A stretch of DNA of 62,519 nucleotides, counting the filler. It is 13 parts of 13 records of this genome, joined end to end, with 100 filler letters (N's around TTAATTAATTAA, not from the genome) between each part and the next. Parts side by side here need not be neighbours in the genome. Positions count along the whole stretch, not along the records: positions 45,348 to 56,122 come from SRR9188676_2910; positions 56,223 to 58,293 come from SRR9188676_2911; positions 58,394 to 62,519 come from SRR9188676_2912; 10 more parts are not named here. One strand, 5' to 3'. Position 1 is the first letter of the stretch. Every line of letters starts with the position of its first letter. Shown here in pieces: positions 47,390 to 58,561 of this stretch. The notes under the pieces were generated by a model. It was not told the origin of the DNA. It did not search any database and saw only the letters and a list, made by a program, of their open reading frames with translations. Position numbers and translations under genes: made by a program.

Positions 47390-49687
47390 ATGAAATTCCG
47401 CTTTCCCATCGTCATCATCGACGAGGACTTCCGCTCCGAAAACACTTCGGGCCTCGGCATCCGCGCGCTCGCGCAGGCCTTCGAAAGCGAGGGCTTCGAG
47501 GTGCTGGGCGTCACGAGCTACGGCGACCTGAGCCAGTTCGCGCAGCAGCAAAGCCGCGCCAGCGCCTTCATCCTGTCGATCGACGACGAAGAGTTCTCGG
47601 TCGGCCCCGACCTCGACCCGGCCGTGCTGAGCCTGCGCAGCTTCATCGGCGAGGTGCGTCGCAAGAACGCCGACGTGCCGATCTACATCTACGGCGAGAC
47701 CAAGACCTCGCGCCACATCCCGAACGACATCCTGCGCGAGCTGCACGGCTTCATCCACATGTTCGAGGACACCCCCGAATTCGTGGCGCGCCACATCATC
47801 CGCGAGGCCAAGAGCTACCTGGAAGGCGTGCAGCCGCCGTTCTTCAAGGCGCTGATCGACTACGCCGAAGACGGTTCGTACTCCTGGCACTGCCCGGGCC
47901 ACTCGGGCGGCGTGGCGTTCCTGAAGAGCCCGGTGGGCCAGATGTTCCATCAGTTCTTCGGCGAGAACATGCTGCGCGCCGACGTCTGCAACGCGGTGGA
48001 AGAACTGGGCCAGCTGCTCGACCACACCGGCCCGGTGGCGGCCAGCGAGCGCAATGCGGCGCGCATCTTCAATGCCGACCACTGCTTCTTCGTGACCAAC
48101 GGCACCAGCACCAGCAACAAGATGGTGTGGCACCACACGGTGGCGCCGGACGATGTGGTGGTGGTCGACCGCAACTGCCACAAGTCGATCCTGCACGCGA
48201 TCATCATGACCGGCGCGATTCCGGTGTTCATGAAGCCCACGCGCAACCACTTCGGCATCATCGGCCCGATCCCGAAGAGCGAGTTCGAGCAGAGCGCCAT
48301 CAAGGCCAAGATCAAGGCCAACCCGCTGCTCGCCGACGTGGACCCGAACAAGGTCAAGCCGCGCGTGATGACGCTCACGCAGTCGACCTACGACGGCGTG
48401 ATCTACAACACCGAGACCATCAAGAACATGCTCGACGGCTACGTCGACACGCTGCACTTCGACGAGGCCTGGCTGCCGCACGCCGCCTTCCACCCGTTCT
48501 ACGGCGCCTACCACGCGATGGGCAAGCGCCGCGTGCGCCCGAAGGAATCGCTGGTGTTCGCGACGCAGTCCACGCACAAGCTGCTGGCCGGCATCAGCCA
48601 GGCCAGCCACGTGCTGGTGCAGGACTCGCAGAACCGCGCGCTCGACCGGGACCTCTTCAACGAGGCCTACCTGATGCACTCGTCGACCAGCCCGCAGTAC
48701 GCGATCATCGCGAGCTGCGACGTGGCCGCCGCCATGATGGAGCCGCCCGGCGGCACCGCGCTGGTGGAAGAGAGCATCCTGGAAGCGCTCGACTTCCGCC
48801 GCGCCATGCGCAAGGTCGAGGAAGAGTTCGGCAAGGACGAGTGGTGGTTCAAGGTCTGGGGCCCCGAGAAGCTCGTCGACGAGGGCATCGGCCGCGCCGA
48901 AGACTGGATCATGCACGGCGAGAAGAACGGCAAGCCCAAGAGCAAGAAGTCGCCGCGCAACTGGCACGGCTTCGGCGAGCTGGCCGACGGCTTCAACATG
49001 CTCGATCCGATCAAGTCGACCATCGTCACGCCGGGCCTCGATCTCGAAGGCAACTTTGCCGAGACCGGCATCCCCGCCAGCGTGGTGACCAAGTTCCTGG
49101 CCGAGCACGGCGTGATCGTGGAGAAGACGGGCCTCTATAGCTTCTTCATCATGTTCACCATCGGCATCACCAAGGGCCGCTGGAACACGCTGCTCACGGC
49201 GCTGCAGCAGTTCAAGGACGACTACGCGCGCAACCAGCCGATGTGGCGCATCCTGCCCGAGTTCTGCCAGCAGCACCCGGGCTACGAGCGCCTGGGCCTG
49301 CGCGACCTGTGCCAGCACATCCACCAGCTGTATGCGCGCTACGACGTGGCGCGCCTCACGACCGAGATGTACCTGAGCGACCTGACGCCGGCCATGAAGC
49401 CCAGCGACGCCTTCGCCCACATCGCGCACCGCAAGACCGAGCGCGTGGAGATCGACGAGCTCGAAGGCCGCATCACCACCAGCCTGATCACGCCGTACCC
49501 GCCGGGCATTCCGCTGCTCATCCCGGGCGAAGTGTTCAACAAGAAGATCGTCGACTACCTCAAGTTCTCGCGCGAGTTCAACCTGCAGTGCCCGGGTTTC
49601 GAGACCGACATCCACGGCCTGGTGGCGCGCATCGACGAGACCGGCAAGAAGCGGTACTACGCGGACTGCGTGCGTCAGACCAGCTGA
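47390..49687 (+). CDS. Arginine/lysine/ornithine decarboxylase (PLP fold I, with N-terminal wing domain)
   Basis: WHCPGHSGG, VTNGTSTSNK, DRNCHKS, HFDEAW, QSTHK (PLP Lys), PYPPGIP. Start MKFRFP at 47390. Confidence 0.96.
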   Translation: MKFRFPIVIIDEDFRSENTSGLGIRALAQAFESEGFEVLGVTSYGDLSQFAQQQSRASAFILSIDDEEFSVGPDLDPAVLSLRSFIGEVRRKNADVPIYIYGETKTSRHIPNDILRELHGFIHMFEDTPEFVARHIIREAKSYLEGVQPPFFKALIDYAEDGSYSWHCPGHSGGVAFLKSPVGQMFHQFFGENMLRADVCNAVEELGQLLDHTGPVAASERNAARIFNADHCFFVTNGTSTSNKMVWHHTVAPDDVVVVDRNCHKSILHAIIMTGAIPVFMKPTRNHFGIIGPIPKSEFEQSAIKAKIKANPLLADVDPNKVKPRVMTLTQSTYDGVIYNTETIKNMLDGYVDTLHFDEAWLPHAAFHPFYGAYHAMGKRRVRPKESLVFATQSTHKLLAGISQASHVLVQDSQNRALDRDLFNEAYLMHSSTSPQYAIIASCDVAAAMMEPPGGTALVEESILEALDFRRAMRKVEEEFGKDEWWFKVWGPEKLVDEGIGRAEDWIMHGEKNGKPKSKKSPRNWHGFGELADGFNMLDPIKSTIVTPGLDLEGNFAETGIPASVVTKFLAEHGVIVEKTGLYSFFIMFTIGITKGRWNTLLTALQQFKDDYARNQPMWRILPEFCQQHPGYERLGLRDLCQHIHQLYARYDVARLTTEMYLSDLTPAMKPSDAFAHIAHRKTERVEIDELEGRITTSLITPYPPGIPLLIPGEVFNKKIVDYLKFSREFNLQCPGFETDIHGLVARIDETGKKRYYADCVRQTS

Positions 49688-49721
49688 GAAAAAAAGGACG
49701 TGCCCCGGTGGGGGCACGGTC
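49688..49721. terminator. Hairpin terminator between the convergent decarboxylase and ligase genes
   Basis: CGTGCCCC-GGTG-GGGGCACG preceded by an A-run (T-run on the minus strand). Confidence 0.7.
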
Positions 49722-49734
49722 TGCGAAGGCCGGG

Positions 49735-50583
49735 CTAGCCTTCGCGCACCCGCATGAAGCGCGCGAACTTCGGCAACCCGCTCGGGTGCGTGCCGTTGTA
49801 GCGGTAGGTGACCAGGCTGCCGATCGGCGGTGGCTGGTCGCGCTCGGCGTCGGTCAGGCCGGTGCCGAGCCGGAAGCGCTGGCCGTCGGGCATCTCGACC
49901 ATCAACGCGCCGAGCCGGCCGTGGTGCTTGCCCTTGCCGGGCAGGTGCGCGACCACGCGGGCCTCGGCGTCTTCGAAGGGCTTGACCTTGAGCAGGTCGT
50001 TGTTGCGCTCGCCGCGGTACATCGACGCGCCCCGGTGCAGCATCAGGCCTTCGCCGCCCATCTTCACGGTCTTGTCGAGCAGCGCCTGCAGGTCCTCGTG
50101 CGTGGTGGCGGGCTGCTGCGGCACGGCCACCACCCAGGGCGCGTCGGTGATCGGCAGCAGCTTGCGCAGCGCCGCCAGGCGGGTGTTGAAGTCGCCGCCC
50201 TGGGCGGGCAGGTCGAACACCATGAAGCGGATCTCGTGCCAGGCCGTGTCGCTGGGCGTCTGGCTGCGCACGGTGGACATCGTGTGGTTGAAGCGGCCAC
50301 GCCCGGCCCACAGTTCGCCGTCCAGCGGCTGTTTCGGCAGCGAGGCCGTGAACCAGGCCGGTGCCATGACGGGCTCGCCGCCACGGGTCCAGAGCTTCTG
50401 GCCGTCCCAGTAGCCGCGCACGCCGTCGAACTTCTCGCTGACCCAGTAGCCCGAGAGCGACATGCCGGGGCGGTACACCTCGGCCAGCATCAGGGCGGGC
50501 GCGGCGGCGCGCGCGAACACGGCACGGCCGGAGAGGGCCGCGCCCAGTCCCGCAAGCAGGAGGAGGGAGCGTCGATTCAACAC
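49735..50583 (-). CDS. Minimal ATP-dependent DNA ligase (Lig E type) with N-terminal signal peptide
   Basis: SEKFDGVR (motif I), LDGELW (III), FMVFD (IIIa), EGLMLH (IV), LLKVK (V), OB domain. N-terminus NRRSLLLLAGLGAAL...ARA. Confidence 0.92.
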   Translation of the reverse strand: MLNRRSLLLLAGLGAALSGRAVFARAAAPALMLAEVYRPGMSLSGYWVSEKFDGVRGYWDGQKLWTRGGEPVMAPAWFTASLPKQPLDGELWAGRGRFNHTMSTVRSQTPSDTAWHEIRFMVFDLPAQGGDFNTRLAALRKLLPITDAPWVVAVPQQPATTHEDLQALLDKTVKMGGEGLMLHRGASMYRGERNNDLLKVKPFEDAEARVVAHLPGKGKHHGRLGALMVEMPDGQRFRLGTGLTDAERDQPPPIGSLVTYRYNGTHPSGLPKFARFMRVREG

Positions 50584-50610
50584 GGTGGCAGGCGCTGGGA
50601 GTCGGGGAAA

Positions 50611-51393
50611 TTACTCCGCCATGCCTCCGACCACGTTGCTGAAGCCGCCGTCCACGTAGGTGATCTCGGAGGTCACGCCGCTGGCCAGGTCGCTCAGCAG
50701 GAAGGCGGCCACGTTGCCGACTTCCTCGATGGTCACGTTGCGGCGGATCGGCGAGGCGTCGGCCACGGCCGTGAGTATCTTGCTGAAGCTCTTGATGCCG
50801 CTGGCGGCGAGCGTCTTGATGGGGCCGGCGCTGATGCCGTTCACGCGCATGCCCTTCGGGCCGAGCGAGGCGGCGGTGTAGCGCACCGACGCTTCGAGCG
50901 AGGCCTTGGCCAGGCCCATGGTGTTGTAGTTGGGCAGCGCTCGTTCGGCACCCAGGTAGGTCAGCGTGAGCAGGGCCGACTTGTCGTTGAGGTAGGGCAG
51001 GGCCGCCTTGGCCATGGCCGGGAAGCTGTACGCACTGATGTCGTGCGCGATCTTGAAGCCTTCGCGCGAGAGGCCTTCCAGGAAGTCGCCGGCGATCGAT
51101 TCGCGCGTGGCGAAGCCGATGCTGTGCACGAAGCCGTCGAATTTGGGCCAGGTCTGCGCGAGGTCGGTGAAGAGCTTGTCGATCTGCGCGTCGTCGCCCA
51201 CGTCGCAGTCGAAAATCAGTTTCGAGCCGAAGTCTGCGGCATATTCGGTGATACGGTCCTTGAATCGCTCGCCGACATAACTGAAGGCGAGTTCCGCGCC
51301 CTGGTCGTGACAGGCCTTGGCAATGCCATATGCAATGGAGCGATTGCTCAACACACCGGTGATCAACAGTTTCTTGCCGGAAAGAAAGCCCAT
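50611..51393 (-). CDS. fabI: Enoyl-ACP reductase (NADH)
   Basis: [56 protein letters not shown]. Confidence 0.97.
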   Translation of the reverse strand: MGFLSGKKLLITGVLSNRSIAYGIAKACHDQGAELAFSYVGERFKDRITEYAADFGSKLIFDCDVGDDAQIDKLFTDLAQTWPKFDGFVHSIGFATRESIAGDFLEGLSREGFKIAHDISAYSFPAMAKAALPYLNDKSALLTLTYLGAERALPNYNTMGLAKASLEASVRYTAASLGPKGMRVNGISAGPIKTLAASGIKSFSKILTAVADASPIRRNVTIEEVGNVAAFLLSDLASGVTSEITYVDGGFSNVVGGMAE

Positions 51394-51430
51394 GAAGTTG
51401 CCTCGTGAAAATCTTGGGCAGAATTCTCGC

Positions 51431-53263
51431 ATGCGAGGTTGGCTGCTCTGGATGTTGGCGCTCCTGGCGCTGCCCTCGTGGGCGGCGCACGGGCTGGGCA
51501 TGGGTTACGAGCCCAAGTACCCGGCGTCGTTCACGCATTTCGACTACGTGAACCCCAACGCGCCCAAGGGCGGCGACCTGACCCTGTCGGCCGCTGGCAG
51601 CTTCGACAAGCTCAACCCCTTCACCTTGCGCGGCGTGCCCCCGGTGGGCATGGGCTACAGCGCCAACGGCTTCGTGTTCTCCGAGTACGGCCTGCTCTTC
51701 GACTCGCTGACCACGCCGAGCGAGGACGAGCCCTTCTCGCAGTACGGCCTGCTGGCCGAGGACATCCAGCTCGCGCCCGACCGCTTGAGCGTCACCTTCC
51801 GGCTGAACCCCAAGGCGCGGTTTTCCGACGGCTCGCCGGTGCTGGCGAAAGACGTGAAGTACTCCTTCGACACCCTGCGCAGCAAGCTGGCCGGGCCGAC
51901 CTTCCGCTCGTACTGGGCCGACATCAAGGAGGCCGTGGTGACGGGCGAACGCACCATCCGCTTCGACTTCGTGCGCCAGAACGCCGAGCTGCACATGATC
52001 ATCGGCGGGCTGCCGGTGTTCTCCAGCGCCTGGGGCAAGGGCAAGCCCTTCGACCAGATCGTGACCGAGGCGCCGATCGCGAGCGGGCCGTACATGGTGG
52101 ACAGGGTCGATTTCGGCAAGTTCATCTCGTACCGCCGGCGCCCGGACTACTGGGCCGCCAACCTGCCGGTGCGCAAGGGGATGTTCAACTACGACACGGT
52201 GTCGTACCAGTACTTCAAGGACTCGCTCGGCGAAGAAGAGTCGCTCAAGGCCGGCGCGCTCGACGCGATGGAAGAGCGCTCGATCATCGCGTGGGTGCGC
52301 CGCTACAAGGGCCGCCGCTTCGACTCCGGCGAGCTGGTCAAGGAAGAGATCGCGCATCGCCGCTTCACCGGCATGCAGGGCCTGGCGCCCAACCTGCGGC
52401 AGCCGCGCTTCGCCGACATGCGCGTGCGCAGGGCGCTGGCGCTGGCCTTCGACTTCGACTGGCTCAACGCCCACCTGTTCTACGGCCGCCGCGGGCGCAC
52501 CCAGAGCTATTTCCAGAACAGCGACGACCTCATGGCCCAGCCCGAGGTCAGCCCCGAGGAGCAGGCGCTGATCGACAAGCTCAAGACCCGGCAGCGCTAC
52601 CTCGACAACACCAAGGGCGAGCTGCCGCGTCCCGACAGCAGCGGCGACACCGCCGAAGGCCTGCGGCGCAACCTGGTGAAGGCGCAGGAGTTGTTGAAGG
52701 AGGCCGGCTGGACCTACCGCGACGGCGCGCTGCGCGACAAGGCCGGCACGCCGTTCGTGATCACCATCGACATCGCCGACCGCAGCTCGGGCGTGGTGCT
52801 CGCGCCGTATGCGCGCAACCTCGGCAAGCTGGGCATCCGCCTGGACTACCGCCTGCGCGACCCGAGCCTGCTGAAGAAGAAGCTGGACGACTTCGATTTC
52901 GACATGGCCATCAGCCTCGTCGGTGGTTCGTCGAGTCCCGGCAACGAGCTCTACGACGACTTCGGCTCGAAATCGGCGAGCGAGAAGGGCAGCCAGAACC
53001 TGAGCGGCATCAGCGACCCGGTGGTCGACGAGATCGTCGAGGTGATCGTCAACAGCCACGACCGCGCCTCGCTCGCGGCGGCCGCGCGGCTGCTGGACCG
53101 CTACTTGCTCCACCAGCACTACATGACCCCGATGTACTACGGCAAGCAGTATTTCATTGCCCACAAGCGAAAGCTGCGTCGCCCGGACGCGCCCTTGCCG
53201 CAGCGCCTGCTGGCGGGGTCGGCGATGCTGACGATGTGGTGGATCGAGCCGAGCGCCAAGTAA
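51431..53263 (+). CDS. yejA: Peptide/microcin C ABC transporter substrate-binding protein
   Basis: Signal peptide; [40 protein letters not shown]. Confidence 0.92.
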   Translation: MRGWLLWMLALLALPSWAAHGLGMGYEPKYPASFTHFDYVNPNAPKGGDLTLSAAGSFDKLNPFTLRGVPPVGMGYSANGFVFSEYGLLFDSLTTPSEDEPFSQYGLLAEDIQLAPDRLSVTFRLNPKARFSDGSPVLAKDVKYSFDTLRSKLAGPTFRSYWADIKEAVVTGERTIRFDFVRQNAELHMIIGGLPVFSSAWGKGKPFDQIVTEAPIASGPYMVDRVDFGKFISYRRRPDYWAANLPVRKGMFNYDTVSYQYFKDSLGEEESLKAGALDAMEERSIIAWVRRYKGRRFDSGELVKEEIAHRRFTGMQGLAPNLRQPRFADMRVRRALALAFDFDWLNAHLFYGRRGRTQSYFQNSDDLMAQPEVSPEEQALIDKLKTRQRYLDNTKGELPRPDSSGDTAEGLRRNLVKAQELLKEAGWTYRDGALRDKAGTPFVITIDIADRSSGVVLAPYARNLGKLGIRLDYRLRDPSLLKKKLDDFDFDMAISLVGGSSSPGNELYDDFGSKSASEKGSQNLSGISDPVVDEIVEVIVNSHDRASLAAAARLLDRYLLHQHYMTPMYYGKQYFIAHKRKLRRPDAPLPQRLLAGSAMLTMWWIEPSAK

Positions 53264-53279
53264 GAGAACAAGAACACGC

Positions 53280-54293
53280 ATGGCCGCCTACCTGATCCGA
53301 CGCCTCCTGCTGATCGTTCCCACGCTGTTCGGCGTGCTGCTGCTCAACTTCGCCATCGTGCAGTTCGTGCCCGGCGGTCCGGCCGAGCAGCTGCTCTCGC
53401 AACTCACCAACAAGGAGAACCGCATCTCGGGCGGCCCCACCGGCCGCACGCTCGACGCCAAGCAGGTGGCCGAGATCAAGGCGCTCTACGGCTTCGACAA
53501 GCCGGCCCCCGAGCGCTTCTGGCAGATGCTCAAGCAGTTTGCTCGCTTCGACCTGGGCAAGAGCTTCTTCCAGAGCAAGGACGTGTGGCAGCTCATCAAG
53601 GAGAAGCTGCCGGTGTCGATCAGCCTGGGGCTGTGGACCTTCTTCATCAGCTACCTCATCGCGGTACCGCTGGGCGTGGCCAAGGCCGTGCGGGCGGGCT
53701 CGCGCTTCGACTTCTTCACGACGCTGTTGGTGCTCGTCGGCTACGCCATCCCGGGCTTCGTGCTGGGCGTGGCGCTGCTGGTGATCTTCGGCGGCCAGCT
53801 GCAGTGGTTCCCGCTGCGCGGGCTGACCTCGCCGAACTGGGAGTCGCTGAGCTGGGGCGCGCGCATCGTCGACTACCTGTGGCACATCACCTTGCCGGTG
53901 ACCGCCATGGTGCTGGGCAGCTTCGCGATCACCGCGATGCTCACCAAGAACTCCTTCCTGGAGGAAATCCGCAAGCAGTACGTGCTGACGGCGCGCGCCA
54001 AGGGGCTGGCCGAGCGTCAGGTGCTGTGGAAGCATGTGTTCCGCAATGCGCTGATCCCGATCATCACGGGCTTTCCGACGGCGTTCATCGGCGCCTTCTT
54101 CTCGGGCGCGCTGCTGATCGAGACGCTGTTCTCGCTCGACGGCATGGGCCTGCTGAGCTACGAGAGCGTGCTGCGGCGCGACTACCCGGTGTTCCTGGGC
54201 ACGTTGTATCTGTTCACGCTGATCGGGCTGGTGACCAAGCTCATCTCCGATCTTTGCTACGTCTGGGTCGATCCGAGGGTGAAGTTTGACTGA
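53280..54293 (+). CDS. yejB: ABC transporter permease
   Basis: AYLIRRLLLIVPTL, YGFDKP, TKNSFLEEIRKQYVLTARAKGL, VDPRVKF. Confidence 0.93.
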   Translation: MAAYLIRRLLLIVPTLFGVLLLNFAIVQFVPGGPAEQLLSQLTNKENRISGGPTGRTLDAKQVAEIKALYGFDKPAPERFWQMLKQFARFDLGKSFFQSKDVWQLIKEKLPVSISLGLWTFFISYLIAVPLGVAKAVRAGSRFDFFTTLLVLVGYAIPGFVLGVALLVIFGGQLQWFPLRGLTSPNWESLSWGARIVDYLWHITLPVTAMVLGSFAITAMLTKNSFLEEIRKQYVLTARAKGLAERQVLWKHVFRNALIPIITGFPTAFIGAFFSGALLIETLFSLDGMGLLSYESVLRRDYPVFLGTLYLFTLIGLVTKLISDLCYVWVDPRVKFD

Positions 54294-55329
54294 AGCCGCC
54301 GCCGTGTCCGTGAGCCCCGGGCGCCGTGCCTGGCGCCGTTTCCGCCGCAACCCGCTGGGGTTCTGGAGCCTGGTCGTCTTCTCGGCGCTGGTGGTGCTGA
54401 GCCTGTTCGCCGACGTGCTCTCCACCGACAAGCCGCTGGTGGTGCGCTACGAAGGCCAGACCTACTTCCCCGTGCTGCGCGACTATTCCGAGAAGACCTT
54501 CGGTGGCGATTTCGAAACGCCGGCCGACTACCTCGACCCCTTCATCGAGCAGCGCATCACGCAGGGCGACAACTGGGCGCTGTATGCGCCCAACCGCTAC
54601 GGCCCGGCCACGCTCAACTATTTCTCGAAGCCGCCGAACCCCGCCGCGCCCTCGCACGCGAACCTGCTGGGCACCGACGAGCGCGGGCGCGACCTGCTGG
54701 CGCAGCTGATCTACGGCTTTCGCGTGAGCGTGCTGTTCGCGCTGGCGCTCACGGTGGTCGGGGTGGTGCTGGGCATCGCGACCGGCGCCGTGCAGGGCTT
54801 CTTCGGCGGCAAGATCGACCTGACCTTCCAGCGCCTGATCGAGATCTGGAGCGCGATGCCCGAGCTGTACCTGCTGATCATCTTCAGCGCGATCTTCACG
54901 CCGAGCGTGTCGCTGCTCTTGATCCTGCTGAGCCTGTTCGGCTGGATGGGGCTGTCGGACTACGTGCGCGCCGAGTTCCTGCGCAACCGCCAGATGGACT
55001 ACGTGCGGGCCGCACGCGCGCTCGGCGTGGGCAACCTGCAGATCATGTGGCGCCACATCCTGCCCAACAGCATGGTGCCGGTCGTCACCTTTTTGCCGTT
55101 CCGCATGAGCGCGGCCATCCTGGCGCTGACCTCGCTCGACTTCCTCGGGCTGGGCGTTCCGCCCGGCACGCCGTCGCTCGGCGAACTGCTGAGCCAGGGC
55201 AAGGGCAACATCGATGCGTGGTGGATCTCGCTGTCCACCTTCTGCGTGCTGGTCGTCACGCTGATGCTGCTGACCTTCATGGGCGACGCGCTGCGCGATG
55301 CGCTCGACCCCCGGAAGGCCGACAAATGA
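54286..55329 (+). CDS. yejE: ABC transporter permease
   Basis: [48 protein letters not shown] start overlaps yejB. Confidence 0.92.
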   Translation: MTEAAAVSVSPGRRAWRRFRRNPLGFWSLVVFSALVVLSLFADVLSTDKPLVVRYEGQTYFPVLRDYSEKTFGGDFETPADYLDPFIEQRITQGDNWALYAPNRYGPATLNYFSKPPNPAAPSHANLLGTDERGRDLLAQLIYGFRVSVLFALALTVVGVVLGIATGAVQGFFGGKIDLTFQRLIEIWSAMPELYLLIIFSAIFTPSVSLLLILLSLFGWMGLSDYVRAEFLRNRQMDYVRAARALGVGNLQIMWRHILPNSMVPVVTFLPFRMSAAILALTSLDFLGLGVPPGTPSLGELLSQGKGNIDAWWISLSTFCVLVVTLMLLTFMGDALRDALDPRKADK

Positions 55330-56122
55330 CGACGATGCGCGACACGACGAAGAACCAGCCCTTGCTCGACGTGAAGGGGCTGCGCGTCGCCTTCGGCGGC
55401 AAGCCGGTGGTGCACGGCATCGACCTGCAGATCGCGGCGGGCGAAAAGCTCGCGCTGGTCGGCGAGTCGGGCTCGGGCAAGACGGTCACGGCGCTGTCGC
55501 TGCTGCGGCTGGTGCAGAACGCCGACCTCGCCGGGATGGCGACCCTGTCGGGGTCGCAGGCGCAGCGCGGCGCACGCGACCTGCTGTCGATTCCGGAGCG
55601 CGAACTGCGCGGCATCCGTGGCAAGGAGATCGCGATGATCTTCCAGGAGCCGATGACCGCGCTCAATGCGCTGTACACCGTGGGCGACCAGATCGCCGAG
55701 GTGCTCGAGTTGCACGAAGGGCTGTCGGCCCGCGCCGCACAGGAGGCGGCGGTGCAGCTGCTGGCCGACACCGGCATTCCCGAACCGGCGAGGCGGGCGA
55801 GGTCGTATCCGCACCAGCTCTCGGGCGGGCAGCGCCAGCGCGCCATGATCGCGATGGCCCTGGCCTGCAAACCGCGCCTGCTGCTGGCGGACGAGCCGAC
55901 CACGGCGCTCGATGTCACGGTGCGCGCGCAGATCCTCGAGCTGCTGGCCGAGCTGCAGCGCAAGTACGGCATGGCCGTGCTGCTCATCACCCACGACCTG
56001 AACCTGGTGCGCCGTTTCGCCGACCGCGTGGCGGTGATGGAGCGCGGCCACATCGTCGAGCACGGCCCGGTGGGCACGGTGTTCGAGGCGCCGCAGCATG
56101 CCTACACCCGCAAGCTGATCGA
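55326..56122 (+). CDS. yejF: ABC transporter ATP-binding protein, truncated by contig end
   Basis: [43 protein letters not shown] overlap with yejE. Confidence 0.9.
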
Positions 56123-56323
56123 NNNNNNNNNNNNNNNNNNNNNNNNNNNNNNNNNNNNNNNNNNNNTTAATTAATTAANNNNNNNNNNNNNNNNNNNNNN
56201 NNNNNNNNNNNNNNNNNNNNNNGGTGTCTCTCGGGTCCTATGGTGGTGCCGGATCGATGAATTATAAGCGAATCTATGACAGGAGGCTGATGAGATTTCC
56301 GCCGTTTTTTTGTCCTGTTCTAG

Positions 56324-58055
56324 AGGAGAAGCGTGTACCTGCTCTCGAAGTGAAGTGGCGACAATTTATGGAAAAGCTTGATGCTAAGGTAACTAATTTT
56401 ATTCACTTTGTGCCATTTTTACAGTTTTTCACCTGAGCTTCCGAGAGGCTCAAAGTGAATTCAAAAAACTCTATAGCCCCTTATGTAAATAGCTATTCCC
56501 ATCCTAGTGGTGGCAAGTTTGGGTTATGATTAAACCAAGATGAAGGTGAACTCCTCTGGGTGATTTTTTTGTTAGCGCATCTCTTCGTGACACTTCTAGC
56601 AGCGAACCAGATACCCTGCCGCGAAAATCTATGCTCATGCACATCCATGGGGGGGGGGAAAACTGGATTCATATCGAAAAGACTTGAGTTGTGTTCGCAC
56701 ATTCACGGTATTCACGCCCATTTCTGAGGATACCTCAGCAGAAGCGGGGGAGCCCTCCATCCGCACTGAACTTAATCGACTATGTAGATCATAGACATAG
56801 ACATCTACAAGCTTTTCCCTCCGCTACTCCTTTTTATTCCCGAAAGTTGAAAAATTCCTTCTATTATTCCCGCCAAGGAACATTCCTCTGCAGAAAAATT
56901 CAACAGTTTCGGAATAACTAACTACCTCTGTATGAGAATTATCGGGTAGAAAGTACTTACCGTCCCTCATTCTCCGACAGAACTTCTTTTTCCCGAATTC
57001 CTTTATGCTCGGAAACTTGATTCATCTTTCTTCATCATTCTTCATCATATACTTGTATTTTTTAGGTGACAAAGCGCGTGACTATGGTGCGAGCAGTGAA
57101 GACCCTGGACGAGGCCGCCAAGGCCTTGATCGAGGAAAATGTCACAAAGGTCCGATTCCTATCCCTTATTTTAGCCTATGGATGAGAAAAATGAGGCCAA
57201 GAAGTCAAATCGAATAAATTGAATCTACATTTGTAAACCAGGAAAATAGCCCGCACTTGGGACGCAGATATCTCATTCAATTTCAATCTATACATCTGTA
57301 TATTAGCCCTATTCCACTTGTTTGCCCGAACCCTCTGGTGTCATCTGGACTTCATTGTTTCTATTTATCCCGTCCGCTCTTTCAGATATTTATCCAATGT
57401 GTCTGACCTAATGTCATGTAATGTGGTGGTGGTCTGCAGGAACAAGCTGAGCGGTGGCGATGTCGCGAATGCACCAAGGTATAGTCTATGTGAATGTGGT
57501 CTGGCTCGTGTCTTTTTTCTGTCCCGTGCTTCATAAATGGGTTCTTGTTTCCATTTTTTTCACTGTAACTAAATTCTTGCTCCTACGATCCGCCGTTTCC
57601 TTCCCTTTCGCTCTTCTCATCGCCGTTTCAATCTTTTTTTTCCCTTCTGTCTTGTGTTCTGTCTTGTTTCTGTTTTAGGCATTCCGCGGGCCTGTCTTCG
57701 TTCGCAACCATATTTTGACCAAGGTACTTTTTTCTCTCTCTCTTGTTCACTTTTCCGATCCTTCTGTGATTTTCATTTTTCTCAACGCACCCTCTCTCTC
57801 TCTCGTTCTGCTACAATCTCATCCTGACACCTCATATTGAATGTCTACGGAGCTCTGGGTATACATTTCAATTGTGGTTTTTCTGTCTCTGTTTTTGTGT
57901 CTTATTGGAGATTCTTTTCTCTGTGTATTTGATTCTGATTGCTTCTTTGTTTCTTTATTTTTCTTGTTGCTGTATTGTGGTATGATCTCAGCATGAAGAT
58001 CTTGTACGCGAGGCCCATCGCACTGCCAAAAACACATGCTACTTTAATAACTACT
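56324..58055 (+). CDS. SRRT: Serrate/Ars2 RNA effector, internal exons covering the C2H2 zinc-finger region
   Basis: Five small exons splice to WRQFMEKLDAK/VTKRV...ALIEENVTK/EQAERWRCRECTK/AFRGPVFVRNHILTK/HEDLV...YFNNY, matching the Ars2 KxFxGPxFVRKHIxxKH...FxNY signature. Confidence 0.85.
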
Positions 58056-58561
58056 GTAAGTGCTATGTATGCATGTAAATATGTCTGACAATTACAGATT
58101 CATAGAGTATCATGAGGACTGGAAATCCCTATTTGCAGTCCTCTATTCTACCTGCCAACGGCAGAACTCCCCAAATAGCTCTAATTTTCTTCTTCTATCG
58201 CTCCTCTATCTGTCGCTCCCGCTCATTTTCTTTCTCACTTTTTCATTCCATTATTATGATAATGAGATTATGCAATGATTTTGGTAATAACGANNNNNNN
58301 NNNNNNNNNNNNNNNNNNNNNNNNNNNNNNNNNNNNNTTAATTAATTAANNNNNNNNNNNNNNNNNNNNNNNNNNNNNNNNNNNNNNNNNNNNCTTATTG
58401 TCGTTTTTTTTTTTTTTTTTTTTGTATGCTTCAGTTCTTTTCTCATCTCCATGAAATCTCTCAATCCGTCTCTCCTACATCCTTGCCTCATTTTCACTCC
58501 CTACCTCCCTCTTTTCCCGCTTTCTATGTTTTTTCCCCCTCTCTGTATTTCTTTGCTTCAG

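Noticed and set aside
47195..53281. 2028-aa minus-strand ORF and other long overlapping ORFs in the bacterial contig
   Set aside because: Shadow frames of high-GC3 real genes (decarboxylase, ligase, fabI, yejA); no motifs of their own.
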